Origin: Planctomycetota bacterium
GTDB lineage: Bacteria; Planctomycetota; UBA1135; UBA2386
Direction: 5' to 3'
DNA length: 17,349 nucleotides
NCBI GenBank assembly: GCA_947501605.1
Contig: CANMWZ010000055.1
Span: forward strand, 1-17,349
Under the pieces are notes generated by a model. That model was not told the origin of the DNA and ran no database searches. It saw only the letters and a list, made by a program, of their open reading frames with translations. Shown here piece after piece: positions 1-7,671 of the stretch. Position 1 is the stretch's first letter; every line of letters begins with the position of its first letter. Both the position numbers and the translations under genes were made by a program.

Positions 1-119
1 GCGTGGTGCTGCGGCCGATGCGCGAGCGCTTCGACGAACGGATCGGGCGGGTGGTGCTGAAGTATGTGTCCGACGAGTTCCTGCTCGACGAGCGGAAGAC
101 GGACTTCACGGAGGCGTGA
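1..119 (+). CDS. 3' end of probable ATP-dependent RNA ligase (DRB0094/Rnl2-like), cut by the window edge
   Basis: Frame from nt 3 reads VVLRPMRERFDERIGRVVLKYVSDEFLLDERKTDFTEA* (TGA 117-119). This resembles nucleotidyltransferase motif IV ((EG)VVxRP) and motif V (LKxVSxxY/FL) at the end of DRB0094-type ligases. Confidence 0.55.
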   Translation, partial: VVLRPMRERFDERIGRVVLKYVSDEFLLDERKTDFTEA

Positions 120-176
120 GTGCCTGTGCAGTAGAGTCCGCGGCGTCCCCGTCCTGAGTGCTCGACGGCGACGTGG

Positions 177-881
177 ATGGCGCTCCTCATGAAGCCGACG
201 GACACGATCTATGGCCTCCACCTCTACGGCCTCACGCCCTCCGCACTCGCACGGCTTGGTGCGACGCCGGTGCGGATCGAGGTCATGCTCGACACCTACC
301 GGATCACGCCGGCCCTTCGGCGTCTGCGTCCCGAGCAGCGCGGCGAGTTCCTGAAGGCGCGAGCGGCGAAGATGAGGCGGGCAGTCGAGAGGAAGTGGCC
401 GTTCGGGAAGGTGGCGTTCGACAACAGGGACGCAGTCCTCTCCCGGATGACGACCACCGTCCGCGCCAAGGACGTCGCGACGATCGCGGCCTTGCCCGGG
501 AGGAGTTTCGTGACCGTCGAGCGGATCCAAGGCCGGCGGCGCAAGCCGTATCGAAGGGGTGCGCTCGAGTACTACTGCGTGCGCGCCAAGGTAGCGATCC
601 AGATCGAAGGGCAGACGCGCGGCACACAAGAGTGGGAGGACCGCTTCGTCCTCGTGCGCGCGACGGGCCACAAGGACGCCATTCGACGATTGCGCAAGGA
701 GTGGGTCCGTTATGCAGAGCCTGGGATCAACCGAGACAATCAGCTGTTCAGATACCAACTCGAGAAGGTCGTCGACGTCTACTACACGTGCGAGCAGACC
801 ATCGACCCGAATGGCTCCGAGGTGTTCTCCGTGTTTCACGAGAGGAGAATGAAGCCGGAGTACGTCTGGCGCGGGGACTGA
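177..881 (+). CDS. DUF4288 domain-containing protein with N-terminal extension
   Basis: 234-aa ORF with GC-rich third positions. C-terminal half YYCVRAKV...WEDRFVLVRA...DAIRR...YQLEKVVDVY...GSEVFS matches the DUF4288 pattern. Start may be 192. Confidence 0.7.
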   Translation: MALLMKPTDTIYGLHLYGLTPSALARLGATPVRIEVMLDTYRITPALRRLRPEQRGEFLKARAAKMRRAVERKWPFGKVAFDNRDAVLSRMTTTVRAKDVATIAALPGRSFVTVERIQGRRRKPYRRGALEYYCVRAKVAIQIEGQTRGTQEWEDRFVLVRATGHKDAIRRLRKEWVRYAEPGINRDNQLFRYQLEKVVDVYYTCEQTIDPNGSEVFSVFHERRMKPEYVWRGD

Positions 882-892
882 CAACTCGTCGA

Positions 893-961
893 CCGCGCCA
901 GCGCCATTCCTGGGCCGAGCTGCTGCGCCGCGGCCACCTCATCGATGTGCTCACCTGCCCG
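893..961 (+). mobile_element. Small inverted fragment of the IS91/ISCR-type transposase gene
   Basis: Encodes PRQRHSWAELLRRGHLIDVLTCP, against PRQRHSWAELLRRVYLMDVLTCP at about 10815-10883 on the minus strand. Confidence 0.85.
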
Positions 962-1115
962 AGCAGTTGCTCCAAGGTCCTCTGGCCACTCGCAGCCCAA
1001 GAACCGCCATCCGCCCGCGCGCGGAGTCTTCGTCATCAACCGCAGGGGCCAGCTCGCACGCCGATGGCATCGTGCTAGACTCCAACCCCTCCTCGGACTC
1101 CCTACTGATACCCGC

Positions 1116-1328
1116 ATGAAGTTCAGGGTCTTGATCGAACAGGACGAAGACGGTGCCTTCGTCGCCATTGCGCCGTCGCTCCCGGGTTGCGTTTCGCAAG
1201 GAAGCACTCGCCAGGAGGCGCTGCAGAACATCCGCGAGGCCATCGCGGCCTACATCGAGAGCCTGCACGCGCATGGCGACCCGATCCCACCATCGATCGG
1301 CGAAGAGGTCGTGGACGTCCCGGCGTGA
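1116..1328 (+). CDS. hicB: Type II TA antitoxin, short HicB family (70 aa)
   Basis: MKFRVLIEQDEDGAFVAIAPSLPGCVSQGSTRQEALQNIREAI is a typical HicB partial RNase H fold. Its stop overlaps the hicA start (GTGA). Confidence 0.92.
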   Translation: MKFRVLIEQDEDGAFVAIAPSLPGCVSQGSTRQEALQNIREAIAAYIESLHAHGDPIPPSIGEEVVDVPA

Positions 1329-1552
1329 GTGGACTGCCTCGCATCTCTGGACGCGAGGTCGTGGCCGCTCTGGCGAAGCTCGGCTACGAGTTCGACCGCC
1401 AACGCGGTAGCCACATCGTGCTGCGTAACCCAGCTCCGCCCTTCCGACGCATGGTCGTGCCCGACCACAAGGAAATCGCTACGGGGACCCTGCGCGCCAT
1501 CGTCCGCGAAGCCGGGCTCACGGTCGCCGAGTTCATAGCCCTCCTCGGTTGA
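1325..1552 (+). CDS. hicA: Type II TA toxin, HicA family mRNA interferase (75 aa)
   Basis: GTG start. SGLPRISGREVVAALAKLGYEFDRQRGSHIVL...VVPDHKEIATGTLRAIVREAGL contains the GSH motif. Confidence 0.92.
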   Translation: MSGLPRISGREVVAALAKLGYEFDRQRGSHIVLRNPAPPFRRMVVPDHKEIATGTLRAIVREAGLTVAEFIALLG

Positions 1553-1695
1553 CCGATCCGCCCGGTTGGGGGCGCCGCCGCTGTCGCGCGCGCATCGACG
1601 TGCCGGCGAGGTCGGCGCCTACCAGCTCACCGCGACGGCCGTCGAGAGCGGGACGCAGTTGCCGCTGATGCTGATGCCCGATGCGGCAGCGATCC

Positions 1696-1868
1696 CGCTG
1701 CAGGCGAAAGTTCTCGGCGAGGACGCCGAAGACACGTTGGCTTCGCGCAACAATCTGGGGCTCGCGGCGCAGCGCAGCGGCAAGTTCGCGGAGGCCGAGC
1801 AGATCCTGCGCGACGTGCTGCAGCGGTGCCGCAGGGTCTCCGGCGCGCGACACCCCGAGACCCTGCGT
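1696..1868 (+). pseudogene. Internal fragment of a TPR (TPR_10/TPR_12-like) repeat protein, cut by the element end
   Basis: LQAKVLGEDAEDTLASRNNLGLAAQRSGKFAEAEQILRDVLQRCRRVSGARHPETLR runs directly into GGTAGGAC. No convincing start. Left boundary approximate. Confidence 0.75.
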
Positions 1869-2221
1869 GGTAGGACTTCCGAATGGGCTCCCAGACCATC
1901 CGCGAGCCGCGCGGGATGGTAGTCGTGGCGATTCACTCCCAGAAGTTGCCCGCTCCGCTCGCTCCCGCCGGCCGCAGTCGAGGTGAGGTTCCCCGCCCCG
2001 CCGGGGTGCGAACGCACTGCCGCTGGCCGAGCTGCCGAGTGTGCAGTTCGGATCACTTGGATTCGGCGCAAAGTTCATAGCGCGATCCGCGATCACCAAA
2101 GCAGTCGCGCCTGTGGCGGCGGCCTCGCCGGTGCGACCGCTGGCGGTTCGGCGGGCAGGCCGAGGTGGGGGAGGATCCTGCGGATGCTGTCCGGGTCGTG
2201 GATCGCGGCGAGCAGAGTGCG
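1869..2221 (-). mobile_element. IS91/ISCR-type remnant copy A: oriIS end, 224-nt noncoding segment and last ~42 transposase codons
   Basis: Begins GGTAGGACTTCC. Transposase stop at 2093-2095. Encodes RTLLAAIHDPDSIRRILPHLGLPAEPPAVAPARPPPQARLLW*. Confidence 0.88.
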
Positions 2222-2284
2222 CATGGGCACGTTGGAGGACGAGCTGTTGAAGCTGGTCGCCGACGGTCTCTCCACGCCGGATGA

Positions 2285-3085
2285 CGATCGCGCCGCGCAT
2301 TCATCGCCGCCTGCGCGCTCCTCACCCTGCTGTCGTCGTGTGCATCGCGACCGCCGGCCAAGAAGCCGCAACCACTCAGCGTCGTCTCCTACAACATCCG
2401 CCACGGCGCTGGCATGGACGAACGCGTCGATCTCGCGCGCACGGCCGCGACTCTGCGCGCGCTCGAACCGGACTTGGTCGCACTGCAAGAAGTCGACAAC
2501 GGCGTCGCGCGCAGCGGCGGCATCGATCAAGCGAAGGAGCTGGGCGCCGCACTCGGCATGCACCACGCGTTCGGGTCGTTCATGGACTACCAAGGCGGTC
2601 GCTACGGGATGGCGATCCTGTCGCGACTGCCGATCCGCACGCAGCGCGTGATCCAACTGCCACCCGGCGACGAGCCGCGCATCGCGTTGCTCGTCGAGGT
2701 CGAGACCGAGGACGGCGCTCTCGTGTCGCTGATCTCGGTGCACCTCAACTGGGTCCACGACGACGTGCTGCGCTTCGCGCAAGCGGAGACGCTTTGTCGA
2801 GAACTCGATGCGCTCGCGACGCTGTATCTCGTCGTCGGCGACTTCAACGACGAGCCGGGTTCGCGAACGTTGGCGTTGTTCGAGGCGCGCGCTAGGCAAG
2901 CAGCGAAGCCTGACGGGGCGAGGTTCACGTATCCGTCGCCCGCGCCCGAGAAGGAGATCGACTTCGTCTATGCGGCACCGAAGACGCAGTTGGACGTTGG
3001 CGAAGTTCGCGTCGTCGACGAGCGCATGGGGTCGGACCATCGGCCGGTGCTCGCGGTGCTGGGGTTGCGCCCCGTGGCGCAATAA
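2285..3085 (+). CDS. Endonuclease/exonuclease/phosphatase (EEP) family lipoprotein; native start missing or frameshifted
   Basis: Motifs SYNIRHG, DLVALQEVD, SVHL, GDFN, IDFV and SDHRPV. The lipoprotein-like leader RSRRAFIAACALLTLLSSC lies upstream of the tracked ATG 2414. In-frame TGA at 2282-2284; the ATG at 2281 is out of frame. Confidence 0.85.
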   Translation, partial: RSRRAFIAACALLTLLSSCASRPPAKKPQPLSVVSYNIRHGAGMDERVDLARTAATLRALEPDLVALQEVDNGVARSGGIDQAKELGAALGMHHAFGSFMDYQGGRYGMAILSRLPIRTQRVIQLPPGDEPRIALLVEVETEDGALVSLISVHLNWVHDDVLRFAQAETLCRELDALATLYLVVGDFNDEPGSRTLALFEARARQAAKPDGARFTYPSPAPEKEIDFVYAAPKTQLDVGEVRVVDERMGSDHRPVLAVLGLRPVAQ

Positions 3086-3095
3086 CACCGCCCCC

Positions 3096-3737
3096 CTACT
3101 GCGTCGATACGAACCGATCCAGCGCCCGCCGCGGTTCCGTCTGCTGTCGGCCCGCAACCGCATACAGCACCAGAGGCCCCAGCTCCCGGCGCACCAACTG
3201 CAGCGCGCTCGACGCCGGCAACTGCGGCGCGGGGTCGCGTTCGCGCGAGATCGCGAACACACCCACCGGCCCGTTCGGCGTATCGATCAACGCCGCCACG
3301 CAGCCGCCGGTCGGCAGGCCGCGATAGCACCCGCGCAGCGTCAACTCCGCATTGTCGCCGCCGAGCGACAGTCGCACGGAGAACTGCTGCTCGCACGTCG
3401 CACAGAAGTCGAGGTCTGGATCGCAGCAGGACACCGCCCCGCTCGCTTCGCCGGCGATCGCGTGCTCGTAGGCCGCAGCCCACAACGCGCCGAGTTCTTG
3501 CCCGTCGTGTCCTTCGGGGCCCGACGTCGTGTCGCGCGCGAGGATCCAGACGCCGAGGCTGACCAGCAGTGCGGCCGCCGCGAGCAGACCATGGACCCAC
3601 CATCGCGCAGAAGGTCGCTTCGCGACCGCGCAGGCGAGGTTCGCGAAGGATGCATCGGGCGGCGGCGAGAAGCTGCCGCGCAGCATCGCGTCGAGGCGTT
3701 CGTCGAGCGGATCGGGCGTGTCGTCGTTGGTGTTCAC
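3096..3737 (-). CDS. Putative membrane-anchored anti-sigma factor with Cys-containing external domain
   Basis: Start overlaps the ECF sigma stop. N-terminal LDERLDAMLRGSFSPPP, one TM (WWVHGLLAAAALLVSLGVWIL), then SCC..FCATC..GC..GC. Confidence 0.7.
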   Translation of the reverse strand: MNTNDDTPDPLDERLDAMLRGSFSPPPDASFANLACAVAKRPSARWWVHGLLAAAALLVSLGVWILARDTTSGPEGHDGQELGALWAAAYEHAIAGEASGAVSCCDPDLDFCATCEQQFSVRLSLGGDNAELTLRGCYRGLPTGGCVAALIDTPNGPVGVFAISRERDPAPQLPASSALQLVRRELGPLVLYAVAGRQQTEPRRALDRFVSTQ

Positions 3738-4270
3738 AGGGTCCTCCGCAGTGCTTCTGTCGCGAGCGGGGCGAGGGCCGCGCGCAACGCGACGCGTGCG
3801 CGACGAGCATGACTGGTGGCGGTGTTCTCGTTCACCTCGAGCATTTCAGCGATCTCGGCAAAGCTCAGTTCGCCGACCACGTGCAGCAAGAGCGCCGCAC
3901 GTTGCGGAGCCGGTAGCGACTGCAGAGCCGCAGCGACTTCGTCGGAGAGCCCCATGCGGTCCGCGTCGAACAACCGCAACGTCGGCACCGAGTCGCGAGC
4001 GAACGGTTCGGGCTGGGCTTCGGTCGCTGTCGGCCGCACCTTGCGCCGCCAATTGGCACCGACGTGGCGCACGATCTGCGCGAGGTAGGCACCGAACTGC
4101 GACCCCGCTGAGACCTCGTGCCGCTTCTGCCACGCGACGCGCGCGGCCTCTTGGACGAGGTCCTGCGCATCCCCGCGACCGACCCAAGCAGCAGCGAGCA
4201 GCCACAGCGTTCGCCCATGACGGGCGAACGCGGCGGTGAACTCGTCGGCTCCGATCGGCGCGCTGGACAT
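3734..4270 (-). CDS. ECF (sigma-70 family) RNA polymerase sigma factor, ~178 aa
   Basis: Region 2 (DAQDLVQEAARVAW...FGAYLAQIVRH) and region 4 (ALQSLPAPQRAALLLHVVGELSFAEIAEMLEVNENTATSHARRAR). Start placed at MSSAPIG. Confidence 0.92.
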   Translation of the reverse strand: MSSAPIGADEFTAAFARHGRTLWLLAAAWVGRGDAQDLVQEAARVAWQKRHEVSAGSQFGAYLAQIVRHVGANWRRKVRPTATEAQPEPFARDSVPTLRLFDADRMGLSDEVAAALQSLPAPQRAALLLHVVGELSFAEIAEMLEVNENTATSHARRARVALRAALAPLATEALRRTL

Positions 4271-4292
4271 GCAGGTCGACAACGGTAGCGGC

Positions 4293-4538
4293 TCAGCAGC
4301 CGGACGTACCGCAGCGAACGGTGCAGCAGTCGGTCGCAGGCGCGGGCGCGGCCGGAGCGGTCTCGCAGCAGTCCTGGCAGCAGCCGTCGTCACAGCACGG
4401 CTCGTCGCAGCAGTTGACTTCGACGCAGCACGCGGGCGGGCAGCACGGGCAACAGGCGGGATCGCCGCCTTGGGGCTGACCGTGGGTCGAGGCAAAGAAG
4501 AAGAAGAAGGGCAGGATGGCGTGTAGGAAGAGGTTCAT
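4293..4538 (-). CDS. Small exported Cys-rich peptide (81 aa, 18 Cys), metallothionein-like composition
   Basis: MNLFLHAILPFFFFFASTHG hydrophobic leader, then ACCPCCPPACCVEVNCCDEPCCDDGCCQDCC...DCCTVRCGTSGC. Ends 22 nt before the sigma start. Confidence 0.75.
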   Translation of the reverse strand: MNLFLHAILPFFFFFASTHGQPQGGDPACCPCCPPACCVEVNCCDEPCCDDGCCQDCCETAPAAPAPATDCCTVRCGTSGC

Positions 4539-4733
4539 GGTGTTTTGGGTCCGCGAACGGGACGCCCTCTCATGTCGCGGGGGCGGACCTTCCGTGCAGC
4601 GAGTTCGAAAACTCTGCGGCCGCGTGTCTGAGGTCTTCGATTCTGGGCTGTGCCCCGCGACGGCGAGGGGGCCGGGATCGACAATGCCGCGCTGCCGTAG
4701 CGGCGCTGCCACGGCGTTCTCGGACTGCTCGCG

Positions 4734-7109
4734 ATGAAGAAGTTCCTCTTGCTGCTGTTGCTGCTGCTGGCGGCCACCTTCGTGCTGCGGGACCAGCTCT
4801 GGCCGGGGGTGCATCCAACTGGCGAGCTTGCACCGGCGGCGCGCGAGGCGGACCTCGCGACAGGCAACCTCACGGCGGCGGCGGCGACACCGACGCCGAC
4901 CGGAGCGATCGATCCCACCAGAACGGAGCGGCGCGCCACAGCCGGCTCCTTGCGCGTGCGCGCCCTGGCCCAGGCGAAGGACGGCACCACGGCGCCGCTG
5001 CCCGATCTGCTGGTCCTCGCCTTCGAGGGCGAAGGCAGCCACGAACCCGTCGACGGGTTCGTCCATCGTCTTCGTACCGACGAACGCGGCGAGGCGGTGT
5101 TCGCATCGCTGCAGCCAGGAACCTTCTCGGTGCGTGCGCCTTCGGCGCGCGTCGCCACGCAGCATGCGGTCGTCGCCGACTCGGGCGAGGCGCTCGCCGA
5201 GTTGCGAATCGACTCTGCCTACACGGTGCACGGGATCGTGATCGACGCCAACGGCAGGAGGGTCGAAGGGGCGGACCTGTGGTTCGCGCGCAACATCCTC
5301 CGCGACGCCTACGGCATCGAGGAGCCGAGCGAAGTGTTCGCTCGCCGCGCCGGCCGCAGCGCCCCGGACGGGTCCTTCGCGGTCGCCGTCACCGACCCTC
5401 GTGAACGCCGCATCTCCGCGAGCCACACCGTGCACGGCGAGTCGATGGCGCGCTACGTCCAGTCAGGCCAACGCGAACTGGTACTCGCACTGCAACCCGC
5501 CACGGCGAAGCTGAGCGGCGTCGTACGGGACGCGCGCGAGACCCCCGTCGTCGATGCCGTCGTCGTCGTTCGGATCGGCAACGAGAACGCGCGGCGACTT
5601 CGCGATGGCACGCTGGTCGCTGGCCACCGGCCGTTCGGCGCGCGCACAGACGCCGACGGGCAGTTCGCGTTCGCGGAACTGCCCGCAGGGCGCGCCACGG
5701 CCACCGCGAGTGCCGACCCTCACGGCGCGGTCACGGTCGAACTGGACCTTCGCGCAGGCGAGCCACAGGATGTCGCGCTGAACCTTCCCGAAGGCGTGAT
5801 CGTCCACGGCTTCGTGCGGCGCGCGAACGGGACGCCGCTGCGAGCAACCGTGCGCCTCCTGCCATCGCGCGGCGTCGACGGGTCGCTCAACGAATGCACC
5901 GTTCGCCCCGACGGCAGCTACCTTCTGCGCGCACGATCGCGACATCCGTTCGTCATCGCCGTCGCACTCGGGCACCGCACGCTCGTGGATCGCGAGTTCG
6001 AACGCCCGGAGCCAGGCAGCTTGCGCTGCGACTTCGTCGTCGACGATGCGTTCGCGACGGCCGGCACCGTGACCTCGAGCGACGGTCACCCGCTCGCGGA
6101 GTGGCGCGTGCGCCTGCTGCCCCGCGGCGGCAGCCCGGTCGAGACGCGCACGGACGAGAGCGGGGCGTTCCTGCTGGAGAGTCGCTTCGCCGAACTCGCC
6201 GAGGCTTCGGTGTTCGCTCCTGGCTCGGGGACGCCGGCGCTCGTGCAGGACGGCGTGCGCCCTGGCGAGACGCTCCTTCTGAAGGTCCCGCTCGCGGCGA
6301 TGCCGCGCGGCCGCATCGAGGGCCGCGTGACGGATGCCGCAGGATCACCCGCCGCCGTCACCCTGAGGCTCCGCTGTCCATCGCCGCGCGTGCAGCACGA
6401 AACACAGAGCGGCGCCGACGGCTCGTTCGCGTTCGAAGGCCTCGTCGCCCTGCGATGGACGCTCGAGCATGCACACTTCGGCAACACGACGATCCTGAAG
6501 GACGCGATCGAAATCGCCGACGGCGAAGTTCGCGACCTCGGCACGATTGCCCTGCCGCCCACGGGCCGCCTCGCCATCGAGGTACTGGACGAGTTCGGCC
6601 GACCGTGGTCGGGCAGCGCTGTCGGGTTCTCCTTGCACGACCAACGCGGCGCCGGCGTGGCCGTCGACCACGTGACGATCGACGGTCGACTTGGCGTCGA
6701 AGCCGCGCCGGGCAACTACACGCTGGGCGTGATCGCGACCGATCTCCTCTGCGACCGCGTGCCCGTGACGATCGAAGCAGGCCGCATGGAGAACGCGCGC
6801 TTGTCGCTGCGCGTCGGCCGCACGTTGCGGCTCCACTTCACTTCTGACGCCGAGAACGGCCGGGGCGAAGCGCGACCGCTGCGCGTCGCGATCCGCGATG
6901 CGAACGGCGCATCGGTGCTCGACGAGAGTTTGCCGCGGGCGAGGGCCCTCTCCGGCAACCGCGCGTTCTGGCAGCTCTCGCGCACGTTTCCGTTCGGCCC
7001 GCACCGAATCGAAGCGACCACCGAGGACGGGCTACGGTTCGCGATGGACCTCGACGTCACCGAGTCCTTCGACAGCGATCCGATCGTCGAAGTGCCAATC
7101 GTCCGCTGA
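4734..7109 (+). CDS. Exported protein with repeated carboxypeptidase-regulatory-like (prealbumin-fold) domains, 791 aa
   Basis: Signal/TM MKKFLLLLLLLLAATF. Repeats of the type GxVxDxxGxPV...TDxxGxFxFxxLPxG. Confidence 0.85.
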   Translation: MKKFLLLLLLLLAATFVLRDQLWPGVHPTGELAPAAREADLATGNLTAAAATPTPTGAIDPTRTERRATAGSLRVRALAQAKDGTTAPLPDLLVLAFEGEGSHEPVDGFVHRLRTDERGEAVFASLQPGTFSVRAPSARVATQHAVVADSGEALAELRIDSAYTVHGIVIDANGRRVEGADLWFARNILRDAYGIEEPSEVFARRAGRSAPDGSFAVAVTDPRERRISASHTVHGESMARYVQSGQRELVLALQPATAKLSGVVRDARETPVVDAVVVVRIGNENARRLRDGTLVAGHRPFGARTDADGQFAFAELPAGRATATASADPHGAVTVELDLRAGEPQDVALNLPEGVIVHGFVRRANGTPLRATVRLLPSRGVDGSLNECTVRPDGSYLLRARSRHPFVIAVALGHRTLVDREFERPEPGSLRCDFVVDDAFATAGTVTSSDGHPLAEWRVRLLPRGGSPVETRTDESGAFLLESRFAELAEASVFAPGSGTPALVQDGVRPGETLLLKVPLAAMPRGRIEGRVTDAAGSPAAVTLRLRCPSPRVQHETQSGADGSFAFEGLVALRWTLEHAHFGNTTILKDAIEIADGEVRDLGTIALPPTGRLAIEVLDEFGRPWSGSAVGFSLHDQRGAGVAVDHVTIDGRLGVEAAPGNYTLGVIATDLLCDRVPVTIEAGRMENARLSLRVGRTLRLHFTSDAENGRGEARPLRVAIRDANGASVLDESLPRARALSGNRAFWQLSRTFPFGPHRIEATTEDGLRFAMDLDVTESFDSDPIVEVPIVR

Positions 7110-7119
7110 TCCCTTCCCC

Positions 7120-7332
7120 ATGCGCCGACTCCTCCCACTGCTCTCCCTCCTCGTCACAGCCGCGCTCGCGCAGGCGCCGACGCCACCCCGCGTCGTGCGC
7201 GTGTTCCTGCTCGCGGGCCAATCCAACATGGAAGGCCACGGCGTCGCCGACCTCGACGACGAACGCGACTACAACGGCGGCCGCGGGACGTTGCTGCACT
7301 GGCTCGAGCACGGCGGCAAGGAGGCAGCGTAG
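7120..7332 (+). pseudogene. Sialate O-acetylesterase-like (SASA/SGNH) gene truncated after 70 codons
   Basis: Signal peptide plus VRVFLLAGQSNMEGHG (SGNH block I). The TAG stop (7330-7332) is the TAG of the element end GTAGGAC. Confidence 0.85.
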
Positions 7333-7555
7333 GACTGCCAAAGGGGCTCCCAGACCATCCGCGAGCCGCGCGGGATGGTAGTCGTGGCGATTCACTCCCA
7401 GCAGCAGCCTCCTTCGCTCGCTCCCGGCGCCCGCAGTCGAGGTGAGATTCAGAGCCCAGCCGCCATGCGAACGTACCGCCGCCGGCCGAGCTGCCGAGTC
7501 TGCAGTTCGGAGTTGCTCGGACTCGGCGCCAACTACGTCGCGCGATCCACAATCA
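7328..7555 (-). mobile_element. IS91/ISCR-type remnant copy B: oriIS end plus noncoding segment only
   Basis: CGTAGGACTGCCAAAGGGGCTCCCAGACCATCC... aligns with copies A and C. Similarity stops at the transposase stop codon (7553-7555). Confidence 0.88.
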
Positions 7556-7571
7556 ACGTGCTGGACTCCGA

Positions 7572-7630
7572 CCGCTCCCACCTTCGATCGGCGAATCGCT
7601 TGTGGACGTCCCGGCGTGAGCGGGCTCGCC
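7572..7630 (+). pseudogene. Fragment of a second hicB-hicA junction
   Basis: 42 of 48 nt identical to 1281-1328. Encodes PLPPSIGESLVDVPA* with the overlapping GTG start, then SGL. Confidence 0.8.
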
Positions 7631-7671
7631 GAATGTCGCCACCCATCGCAGCGACGCGCTAATGTGCGAGC

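Noticed and set aside
4293..5435. 380-aa minus ORF and the 253-aa extended sigma ORF (start 4495)
   Set aside because: Only the last 81 codons of the first look real; the rest is antisense to the 791-aa gene or intergenic. The sigma extension is the Cys-rich gene read in another frame.
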